Shown here piece after piece: positions 38,600 to 46,778 of a DNA stretch of 64,000 nt. Both the position numbers and the translations under genes were made by a program. The notes below the pieces were generated by a model, which worked only from the letters and a program-made list of their open reading frames with translations, did no database searches and was not told the DNA's origin. The stretch's first letter is position 1, and each line of letters starts with the position of its first letter. This stretch comes from Nitrospinales bacterium (lineage in GTDB: Bacteria; Nitrospinota; Nitrospinia; Nitrospinales; VA-1): assembly GCA_965262115.1 (NCBI GenBank), contig OZ253496.1, forward strand, positions 1,024,001 through 1,088,000, in the 5' to 3' direction.

Positions 38600-41500
38600 A
38601 TGGCCCCCGCGTCGTCTAATAAGAACATACCTCAGACACGGCCCAAGTCTTTCTTAAAACGCTGGATTTGGGTTCCTGTTGCCCTGATTCTTACCCTCGT
38701 CATTATCCTTTCACAAGTTGACCTGGAGTCGGTGAAAGAAAACCTGATTCAAAAAGTTTCTGATGAAACGGGCCTGAAAGTAGAGATAGATTCTATAGGA
38801 TTCGGCTTCTCCAGCGGCCTGGGACTGCAATGTAAGGGCGTGAAAGTGAGCACCCCCGAAGGTGATCACTATTCGGTGGATCGACTGGACTTGCTGGCGG
38901 CGTGGAGCCCTCTTCTTAAAGGCGAGTTCAAAATAAAATCCGCTGTTCTGGAACACCCCGTAATAAAACTGGAAATTCCTGAACTTGCCCCGGAACAACC
39001 GCCAACAAAAGAGGAAAAAAATCTGCCGGACAAATCTCAACCGTCAGATGGACTCATCGATTCTGAAACCCTTCAATCCACCACCGACAAGATAAAAAAC
39101 ACTCCGATAGCCATCGACGAGTTCATCATTTACGATGGCAAGATCACACTAACCCGATCTGGCTCCACAAGACAACTCCTCTTAAACGTGGATGGAACCT
39201 TTGTCCTTAACCGGGACAAAGGTATGGATATTTCAGCAAAGTCCGTAAAAATCCAGACAGGGTCTATCCTGCTTGAAGGAGACGGGAAAGTCTCAAACCT
39301 GACTCTGAACAATGCCGGGATTGAAATGAACCTGCAATCCGATGATTTTTCATTGGAGAAATTAAAACCTGTAATGCAGTTCTTTGGTGTTTCAGCAAAA
39401 GAAACACTGGCCCCTCTCGAAAAGATCGATGTTGATCACCTTTTATTGAAAGCCGCATTCCCCCTCAACTCTCTGACACAGGTGGACGAATTAAAAAAAC
39501 AAATGGTCGGCAAAATTGAATTGAAAATCCGCAACGCCATTTTAAAAATGAAGGATCGTTTCACCATCGAATCGCTGGAGGGGAAAGGATCATGGAGCAA
39601 TGGAGTGCTCGACCACAATTTTTTTGGCAGAGTGCTGGAAAGTGATTTCAGCATCAGCGGCAAACTGCCCTTTGCTGATCTAGAGAAAGATTCCACCTCC
39701 AACATCAAATGGAAAAACCTGGATCTGAAAAAACTTCCTCTGGAAAAAGGAATGGCGTGGAAACCCGCCCAGGGCATTACTTCTGGCAGAGTTTCTCTCA
39801 CCGGCCCCCTGCCCAAAGAAATTAAAACAGATAAATTGAATGGCACTTTCGATATTCAAGCACAGAATCTGGTTCTAAAACCAGCCAGCGTAAAACAGGG
39901 AAACCCCATTGAGTTAAGCCAACTGAAGGCCCGCGGCAGTTTGAAAGAGGGCTTACTGAATCATGACATCCAGGCAACCCTTTGGGGCGGTGAGTTTGGC
40001 ATTAAAGGAAATGTGCGTCTGCCCCTTGCCAAACCGGTTCTCGATTCAAAGATAAGCTGGAAAAATCTGGATGTGGCCCAACTGCCTTTGCCAAAGGTTA
40101 TGGGCTGGTATCCCGCACAAGGGAAGGTTTCAGGAACCCTCAAACTGAAAGGCCCTGTCCCTGAAAAAGGGGAGAGTTTCCCCGGCCAGATCAAAGCATC
40201 ACTAAAGTTTGATGCGCAAAACTTAAAACTCCAGGGCAAAGACGCCCCTGCCATTTCGCTGGCCCGTTTGGAAGGAGATGGAAGAATTGCAAACAACAAG
40301 GTCAGCTACAAACTAAAAGCCGACGTATTCAACGGAACCATTAAATCGGACGGTAAAGTCTCCTTTGGGTCCACCAAACCGGTTCTCAATAATAAAATTG
40401 AACTCACCAATCTCGATTTGACCCAGCTTCCCCTGACAACCATCCCGGAAGAAGGAACCGTTTCAGGAACAATAAAGCTGAAAGGTCCCTTGCCGGAGCC
40501 GGAAAATATACTGACCGGAAAACTGAATATCGACACCAGCTTTAAAGTGGCGGATCTGAATATTTCTGCTGGCACACTTCCTTTAAATATTCAGCGCTTT
40601 GAAGGAAAAGTGAACTTAAAACAAGGCAAGCTCACGCATAACTTGAACGGAACCTTGTTTGGCGGAACTGTAAAGACAAAAGGCCGTTTGACTTTTAAAA
40701 AAAATAAAGCGCAAACCCTGATCACCTCAGACTCGAACCTGTCGCTGGACAAAATCAGCCTCGACTGGGTCCCCCTGATCCAGAAAAGCGAATGGGCCCC
40801 TTCTTCCGGCACGCTGACGGGAGATCTAAATATAAAAGGACCGCTCCCTTCCGGCGGCGGCGCCCCTCTGAAGTTGAAACTTGCAGGAACCCTTTTGGGC
40901 GAAAAACTGATATTGGGAAAACCCGAGAGAGTCATTGACACCATAAAACTGAATTTCATGGAAAGCTCCTCCGCCCTGTTCAAGACAGAGATCACTGCGG
41001 AAAAAATCCAACTGGATGCCAGGAGCTTTAAAAAAGCCCTGGCATTGATAAATTTCAGCCCGGAGAAAATCGATCTCACCCGAGCTGAGATATGGCCCAT
41101 GAACGGACGGATACAACTTGCCGGCAATTTTCAGCCCGAGTCCGGGAACTATCGCATGAAATTTAGAGGAAAAAAGTTAAGGGTGGAGGACCTTTCCCCT
41201 CCCCACATTAAGGGTCCTCTGGAATTCTCGGGGGCCATAGCAGGAGCACTTCCTAAAAACGTCGATACGCCGGAGCTTCCCGATTACGCCCGGGAACTTT
41301 CTGGCAATATGAAAATCAATCTTGTTGAAGGAACGATTCCAGAGCTTGGTGTGCTGGAAAACCTGCTCAATCTACTCAACCTCAATATATCCGGCTCTCA
41401 AAAAGCAGGGTTGGTCTATGACTATCTGCGGGGGGATTTTAAAATTAAGAAAGGGGTTGTTGACACCAGAAATTTGGAAATGAAAGGTCCGCAAATCACG

Positions 41501-41785
41501 ATGACCGTTAAAGGCCAAGCTGATCTGGTGAAAGACTCCGTCAATGCAGAAGTTAAGGCCGTGCCACTGCAAGTGGCAGAAAAAATCATCAAAGCCATTC
41601 CGCTGTTGGGCCAGATTTTAGGAGGGGGAGAAAAAGGCGGCGTTCTCGAAATTTACATCAAGGTGGGCGGCAAGCTTAGCGAACCAAGCTTCACCCCTTT
41701 ACCACATAAATCCTTGACTGAAAAGCCAGCCAGTATTCTGGAAGGAATCCTCAACCTGCCAAAAAACCTGAATAAAGGGAGATAA
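38600..41785 (+). CDS. AsmA-like protein with internal repeats
   Basis: N-terminal TM helix, AsmA-like N terminus, beta-rich body and an AsmA_2-like C terminus (IPLLGQILGG). Confidence 0.8.
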   Translation: MAPASSNKNIPQTRPKSFLKRWIWVPVALILTLVIILSQVDLESVKENLIQKVSDETGLKVEIDSIGFGFSSGLGLQCKGVKVSTPEGDHYSVDRLDLLAAWSPLLKGEFKIKSAVLEHPVIKLEIPELAPEQPPTKEEKNLPDKSQPSDGLIDSETLQSTTDKIKNTPIAIDEFIIYDGKITLTRSGSTRQLLLNVDGTFVLNRDKGMDISAKSVKIQTGSILLEGDGKVSNLTLNNAGIEMNLQSDDFSLEKLKPVMQFFGVSAKETLAPLEKIDVDHLLLKAAFPLNSLTQVDELKKQMVGKIELKIRNAILKMKDRFTIESLEGKGSWSNGVLDHNFFGRVLESDFSISGKLPFADLEKDSTSNIKWKNLDLKKLPLEKGMAWKPAQGITSGRVSLTGPLPKEIKTDKLNGTFDIQAQNLVLKPASVKQGNPIELSQLKARGSLKEGLLNHDIQATLWGGEFGIKGNVRLPLAKPVLDSKISWKNLDVAQLPLPKVMGWYPAQGKVSGTLKLKGPVPEKGESFPGQIKASLKFDAQNLKLQGKDAPAISLARLEGDGRIANNKVSYKLKADVFNGTIKSDGKVSFGSTKPVLNNKIELTNLDLTQLPLTTIPEEGTVSGTIKLKGPLPEPENILTGKLNIDTSFKVADLNISAGTLPLNIQRFEGKVNLKQGKLTHNLNGTLFGGTVKTKGRLTFKKNKAQTLITSDSNLSLDKISLDWVPLIQKSEWAPSSGTLTGDLNIKGPLPSGGGAPLKLKLAGTLLGEKLILGKPERVIDTIKLNFMESSSALFKTEITAEKIQLDARSFKKALALINFSPEKIDLTRAEIWPMNGRIQLAGNFQPESGNYRMKFRGKKLRVEDLSPPHIKGPLEFSGAIAGALPKNVDTPELPDYARELSGNMKINLVEGTIPELGVLENLLNLLNLNISGSQKAGLVYDYLRGDFKIKKGVVDTRNLEMKGPQITMTVKGQADLVKDSVNAEVKAVPLQVAEKIIKAIPLLGQILGGGEKGGVLEIYIKVGGKLSEPSFTPLPHKSLTEKPASILEGILNLPKNLNKGR

Positions 41786-41903
41786 AGTAACGCTGTAGAC
41801 CTAGACCTTCATAACATACAAGCAAGAATGGACTTACTTCCCCGAAGGCAGCAATCGGCCATTAGCGGACATTTACCATTTTCAAAAAGCAGACCAAGGG
41901 GAG

Positions 41904-41963
41904 TGGTAGCCTCAAGGTGATTCCAACCCCTGTTTCCGGCGTGAAAAGCCGATGAACCATAAC
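41904..41963 (-). pseudogene. Degenerate 3' half of tRNA-Glu(TTC), possible att remnant
   Basis: The minus strand reads TCGGC-TTTTCAC-GCCGG AAAC AGGGG-TTGGAAT-CACCT TGAGGCT ACCA. The T loop is mutated and no 5' acceptor strand is present. Confidence 0.75.
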
Positions 41964-42219
41964 ATTCAACTTTTCTGGCTATTGCCGACCCTTATTTTAA
42001 CCTCTTAGAAACAAATGAGCTAGAGATGTTCTTTATGTGAAGTGAGTATGCCTATTCTGCTTTTGAGTGTTTGGCAAAACTTTGGCAAGTGATGAAGATT
42101 AAATTTAATTAACCCGAATTACATTGCTATATGGACCAATCAGAGTATCCTGATAGCAACCTCTCCTCTATTACCTATCGAGCTAAGGGAAAAAACACAA
42201 CTTGGGATTTTTAAATTTT

Positions 42220-42251
42220 GCCACTCCCCCTTTTGGAGTGGCTTTTTTTTT
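42220..42251 (+). terminator. Intrinsic terminator upstream of the small-ORF/rpsU cluster
   Basis: GCCACTCC-N7-GGAGTGGC followed by T9. Confidence 0.8.
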
Positions 42252-42295
42252 GCCTTCAATACTTGAGGTGAAAAGCTATAAAAAGGGGTAACTAT

Positions 42296-42475
42296 ATGCA
42301 TGAAGTTAAAGTATACGACAGTTCTGGAAAATTAAAAAAGGTGATTTCAACACAAACCTTAAACATACGCTCAAAACAGCAGTTGGAAACCCCATCAATG
42401 TTCCTTAGAAACAAAAGGGGCAGAAAACCATGGTCAAAATCTACTAAAAGCCAAACAGAAGCCGAAACATCATAA
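42296..42475 (+). CDS. 59-aa basic hypothetical protein
   Basis: MHEVKVYDSSGKLKKVIS...; AAGGGG RBS; below the ORF-track cutoff. Confidence 0.65.
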   Translation: MHEVKVYDSSGKLKKVISTQTLNIRSKQQLETPSMFLRNKRGRKPWSKSTKSQTEAETS

Positions 42476-42496
42476 ATTTATTATCTCGAGGGACCT

Positions 42497-42703
42497 ATTT
42501 CTCAAGTCACCGTTTATCAGAATCAGGTCGAAAAAGCGTTAAAAGGTTTAAAACGCCAGCTCAATAAAGAGGGGTTCTTTAGAGAACTCAAGCGCCGACG
42601 ATTTTACGAAAAGCCCTCCGCCCGGAAGAAACGCAAGATCAAGGAAGCCATGAAAAAGCGAAAAGCGGCCAAGCGACGCTCAAGATCTTTATGGAGCCAA
42701 TGA
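42497..42703 (+). CDS. rpsU: 30S ribosomal protein bS21, apparent ATT start
   Basis: ISQVTVYQNQVEKALKGLKRQLNKEGFFRELKRRRFYEKPSARKKRK...; GAGGGA just upstream of ATT; no in-frame ATG/GTG/TTG at the N terminus. Confidence 0.88.
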   Translation: MSQVTVYQNQVEKALKGLKRQLNKEGFFRELKRRRFYEKPSARKKRKIKEAMKKRKAAKRRSRSLWSQ

Positions 42704-42726
42704 TTGAATTGCCCAAGGAGAAACCA

Positions 42727-43041
42727 ATGATCATAGATCGCTATACAAAAGTATTAATGACCGTCTTTACCCTAGTCTTATTGCTGAACGGGTTAAACCC
42801 ATGGATTAATCCTTCTCAAGCTGTGGCAATAGAAAACACCATAACGGATGGAACGAAAAATGGTAATAATTGTTCCTCTCAAGACAAAAAAAATTCCCTT
42901 AAAATGCTGGAAGGGATGAACAACCTGGAAAGATTGCTGGGCTATATCGAATCTTCGGTCAATAACATTCAACTGACCGTCAAAGGAATCGACAGAAAAG
43001 TGAGCGAATATCCTTCGCGTAATACAACAGAGAAAAGGTAA
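42727..43041 (+). CDS. Hypothetical exported protein
   Basis: Signal peptide (IDRYTKVLMTVF...AVA); AAGGAG RBS. Confidence 0.75.
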   Translation: MIIDRYTKVLMTVFTLVLLLNGLNPWINPSQAVAIENTITDGTKNGNNCSSQDKKNSLKMLEGMNNLERLLGYIESSVNNIQLTVKGIDRKVSEYPSRNTTEKR

Positions 43042-43065
43042 CACCAAACCAACCCAGGAAGAGGA

Positions 43066-43239
43066 ATGATGAAAGACCTTGCATTTTTTACACTGGTAGC
43101 TTCGATGATTGCTAATTTTATTGTGTTAGGGATTTCTCTAAATCGGCCAAATTCCTTTTTTTCAGTAAGCCTTTCTGCCATTTCGATTTCTCTGCAAGGA
43201 TACGCTTTGCGGCTGATCGCCATCAATTCAATCAGCTGA
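43066..43239 (+). CDS. Putative 57-aa two-helix membrane peptide
   Basis: MMKDLAFFTLVASMIANFIVLG...; purine-rich RBS. Confidence 0.5.
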   Translation: MMKDLAFFTLVASMIANFIVLGISLNRPNSFFSVSLSAISISLQGYALRLIAINSIS

Positions 43240-43343
43240 TGAATGGGGTTCCCCAGTGCCCAAAGTGACGTATTCAATGATTGAAATATTGCTTATCATA
43301 TTCATTTCACAATTCTTAACCTTTAATTAGAGGATATTAAAAA

Positions 43344-43544
43344 ATGACAGAATCAACCATGACAGCAAAGGAAGTATTGCAGGAATTAATTGATAACTTC
43401 AATAAATCCACTGAAGAGGCTGAAGGCCGCAGGAAAGCTGCATCAGCAAAAAATGAAAATTACAAAATAGAATATTCTGAGGGCGAAAAACATGCTTATG
43501 AGGATGGCGCGAAACAATTAAAAATTGCCTTGGGTAAAATTTAA
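43344..43544 (+). CDS. 66-aa hypothetical protein
   Basis: ATG ORF with a GAGG RBS. Confidence 0.7.
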   Translation: MTESTMTAKEVLQELIDNFNKSTEEAEGRRKAASAKNENYKIEYSEGEKHAYEDGAKQLKIALGKI

Positions 43545-43627
43545 GATTCTTCACCCCTCCCAATCGATGCCAGAGTAGTGGTAAAAACCAGAGACCGCGA
43601 TGCCAAAATGATCGCGAAAGGAATTTA

Positions 43628-44875
43628 GTGCAAATTCAACCAGGAACAAAGAACCAAATCATAAATCAAGAACGGATTGCCCAACAGGAATTTAGGTCAG
43701 AAAAAAATTGCAATACGGGTCAGAAAAAAACAGCCCTGATTTATTGCGAAAATCAATTTGGACTGGTGGACGGAAAAACCGCAGCAGCGTTAGTCCGCCA
43801 CTCTGAAATCTATACCATTGTTGGGGTTATTGATAGCTCATTAACGGGAAAAGATGCAGGAGAGGAGCTGGGAGAGGAGAAGAGTGGGATTCCGATTTTT
43901 TCTAATTTAGACGATGCCTTGGAGAAACTTTCCAACATTCCTGATTTCTATATTTACGGAAAAGCTCCCTTAGAGACCTACATCCCAAATAATGAGAGGC
44001 TCATGATCTTGGAGGCCATGGAAAAAGGAATGGACATCATTAGCGGTCTACACCAGTTTTTCTCAGAAGACCCAGAGTTTGCTCAAGTAGCTGTCCTGAA
44101 CGGCATCCAAATTAAGGACATTAGAAAACCCCCTCTTTTAAAAGATTTGCACCTTTTTACAGGTCAAATATCTGAAGTAACTGTTCCCGTAATAGCTGTA
44201 TTGGGGACCGATTGTGCTTGCGGAAAAATGACCACGGCAGTGGAACTCAATAAAACGCTAAATAATCTCGGAATAAAATCAGTACTCGTCGCAACAGGAC
44301 AAACCAGCTTGATGCAAGGAGCAAGATATGGAGTATCGACAGATGCCCTTATTTCCCAGTTCGTGGTGGGTGAAGTAGAAAACTCTGTTGTTCAGGCATT
44401 TAAAAACGAAAGTCCCGACATCATATTAGTGGAGGGACAAGGTGCCATCAGTCACCCCGCTTTCATGAGTTCTCTCGGTATCCTGAAAGGAAGCATGCCG
44501 GATGGAATTATCCTTCAACACCCTCCCGCTAGAAAGTTCCGGTGCGATTTTCCTCGATTGGCAATGCCTTCTGCTGAAAGCGAAATCAAACTGATCGAAG
44601 CGATCGCAAAAACCAAGGTGATGGCGATAACTTTAAGCCATGAAGATATGGATGACCATGGGATTCTGAAGGTAATAGAAGATTATGAAAAGAAGCTTCA
44701 ATTGCCAACAACAGATGTTTTGAACTACGGGTGCCAAAAACTTGTTCAAGCGTTAAGCAAGAATTTTCCAAAGCTGAAATATAAAATCGCGCGAGAAAAC
44801 TATAAATTCTTCATAAATGGAAAAGTACAAGTGGGCAGGCATCTGAAAGATAAAAATGAAATCGTCCATGCCTAG
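43628..44875 (+). CDS. DUF1611 family protein (DgcN-like)
   Basis: DGKTA, GLHQF, P-loop-like GTDCACGKMTT, ATGQT and VEGQG motifs. Confidence 0.88.
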   Translation: MQIQPGTKNQIINQERIAQQEFRSEKNCNTGQKKTALIYCENQFGLVDGKTAAALVRHSEIYTIVGVIDSSLTGKDAGEELGEEKSGIPIFSNLDDALEKLSNIPDFYIYGKAPLETYIPNNERLMILEAMEKGMDIISGLHQFFSEDPEFAQVAVLNGIQIKDIRKPPLLKDLHLFTGQISEVTVPVIAVLGTDCACGKMTTAVELNKTLNNLGIKSVLVATGQTSLMQGARYGVSTDALISQFVVGEVENSVVQAFKNESPDIILVEGQGAISHPAFMSSLGILKGSMPDGIILQHPPARKFRCDFPRLAMPSAESEIKLIEAIAKTKVMAITLSHEDMDDHGILKVIEDYEKKLQLPTTDVLNYGCQKLVQALSKNFPKLKYKIARENYKFFINGKVQVGRHLKDKNEIVHA

Positions 44876-45941
44876 AGTCGAAATTTCTCTATCCCAAATA
44901 CGAGAAAACACAAAAAAACTATCTGAGTTATATATGCAAAAGGGCATTTCCTTAATGGGAGTGACTAAAGCGGTACTTGGAGAGCCTTCCATAGCCAAAG
45001 CAATGATTCAAGGTGGAGTCAAATTTATTGCGGACTCGCGTATTGAAAATATTCAAAAAATGAAAAGTGCAGGAATATTAACTCAATTTGTTCTTTTGCG
45101 CACACCCTTGAGCCAGGCTGAATCTATCGTCAAAAATGCGGACATTAGTTTAAATACTGAGATCGAGACTCTTAAAAACCTTTCCTATCATGCGAAAGAT
45201 CAGAATAAAATTCATCAGGTAATCATTATGGTTGAGTTAGGCGATCTACGTGAAGGGATACTTCCTTATGATCTACCTCAATTTATCAGGGAAACCCTTT
45301 CGATGCCCCATATAAAAATAATTGGCATTGGCTGCAATTTTGCTTGCTACGGGGGAATTAAACCTGATGATAAAAACATGCGAGAACTCTCCGAATTGGT
45401 TGATTTATTAGAAAAAGAGTTTCACATTGATCTGGAAATTATTTCAGGGGGAAATTCAGCAAATTTTGAGTGGTTCAAATCTTCTCAGGACGTTGGTAGG
45501 GTTAATAATCTACGCTTGGGTGAATCAATTCTTTTAGGTTGCGAAACTGTAGGTCGAAAAGTAATTCCGGGTTTGCATACGGGCGCATTTCAACTTATTG
45601 CTGAAGTTATCGAGTCTAAGAGAAAGGCATCTGTTCCACTTGGAGAAATTTGTCAAGATGCTTTTGGCAATGTTCCTGGCTTTCTGGATCGAGGTGATCA
45701 TCAAAGAGTGATAATTGCTTTAGGCAGGCAGGACGTTCAAGTATCCAACTTGAAATCTAATAATAACCTAAAAATAATAGGTTCTAGTAGTGATCATATT
45801 ATTCTCGATGGAGAGAATCACAATCTGGAGGTCGGAGATGAAATAAGGTTTAGTTTGGATTATGGCGGTCTTCTCGCAACAATGACTTCTCCTTTTGTCA
45901 TTAAGCAATTCACAGATAGCAATGCCCACGTGGCGGCCTAA
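44856..45941 (+). CDS. Alanine/ornithine racemase-family PLP enzyme
   Basis: GVTKA, ADSRIEN, ELGDLREG, ISGGNS, LRLGESILLG and SSDH motifs. Confidence 0.88.
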   Translation: MKSSMPRVEISLSQIRENTKKLSELYMQKGISLMGVTKAVLGEPSIAKAMIQGGVKFIADSRIENIQKMKSAGILTQFVLLRTPLSQAESIVKNADISLNTEIETLKNLSYHAKDQNKIHQVIIMVELGDLREGILPYDLPQFIRETLSMPHIKIIGIGCNFACYGGIKPDDKNMRELSELVDLLEKEFHIDLEIISGGNSANFEWFKSSQDVGRVNNLRLGESILLGCETVGRKVIPGLHTGAFQLIAEVIESKRKASVPLGEICQDAFGNVPGFLDRGDHQRVIIALGRQDVQVSNLKSNNNLKIIGSSSDHIILDGENHNLEVGDEIRFSLDYGGLLATMTSPFVIKQFTDSNAHVAA

Positions 45942-46038
45942 CAATAATGAAGGGGACGTATATCCTTCGACAAGCTCAGGATGACAACATTGGCTCCACG
46001 CCGAGTGGGGGTTTTCTATTCCCTGTCCGTGGGACGGA

Positions 46039-46701
46039 CTAAACCGATTTGACGGTCAACTTGGGGTGCAACTGCTGACGCAGTTGAGTCTGAATATATT
46101 GCAGGGTTCCGCTGGTCGAGGTCGGGCAACTGCCGCAGGCTCCCTGGTAATGAATACTGACTTCATCACCTTCTATGCCTTTTAGTTCCACACCGCCACC
46201 GTCCTGGGCAAGGTTGGTGCGGATCGAGCGGTTGAGCACCATTTCAATTCCTTGAAGTTTCTTCCCGTTATCCAGTTTTGCAAAGTTGACGACATCCACC
46301 TCGCTCAACTGCACTTTCCCTTCAGCCTGATACACGGTCACCGTTTCATCAATAGTTTTCCAAACCCGGTCTTTGAGTGGAACCCAACTTGTCTTATCGT
46401 CCTTCGTCACAGTGACAAAGTTATCCATGACAAAGACGTTCAAGATACCGGGTTTTTCGAACAGGGCGGCAGCCAGTTTATCCCCTTCCGCTTCTTTCTT
46501 GCTGGTGAAGGAAATATTACCATCATCAAGAATCACTGCGTTGATAACAAACTGCAAGGCGTTGGGGTTTGGGGTTTCTTTCGTGCGCACCACTTTCAGG
46601 GCTTTTTTGAGATTGGGACGCGCCTTCGCCTTTGGCTTATTGGCAGTCGCACTTTTTTTATTTATTTTTTCCTGGATAGCCAGGACTTCGCTAATCTTCA
46701 C
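46039..46701 (-). CDS. NifU/Nfu Fe-S scaffold protein
   Basis: TPNPNALQF (Nfu_N) and DGGGVEL...YQGACGSCPTS motifs. Confidence 0.9.
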   Translation of the reverse strand: MKISEVLAIQEKINKKSATANKPKAKARPNLKKALKVVRTKETPNPNALQFVINAVILDDGNISFTSKKEAEGDKLAAALFEKPGILNVFVMDNFVTVTKDDKTSWVPLKDRVWKTIDETVTVYQAEGKVQLSEVDVVNFAKLDNGKKLQGIEMVLNRSIRTNLAQDGGGVELKGIEGDEVSIHYQGACGSCPTSTSGTLQYIQTQLRQQLHPKLTVKSV

Positions 46702-46778
46702 AAAAATAGAACCTTCAAAGTTTAATGGATAGACACCATATTAATATATTCAAACGCGGGAACCAAACATTATCTGGA

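Noticed and set aside
41904..41963. Functional tRNA-Glu
   Set aside because: The T loop and T stem are mutated and no 5' acceptor strand is visible, so it is kept only as a remnant.
42071..42087. Possible sigma54 promoter TTGGCAAAACTTTGGCA
   Set aside because: GG-N10-GC spacing fits, but the -12 context is TGGC rather than TTGC; a short direct repeat explains it equally well.
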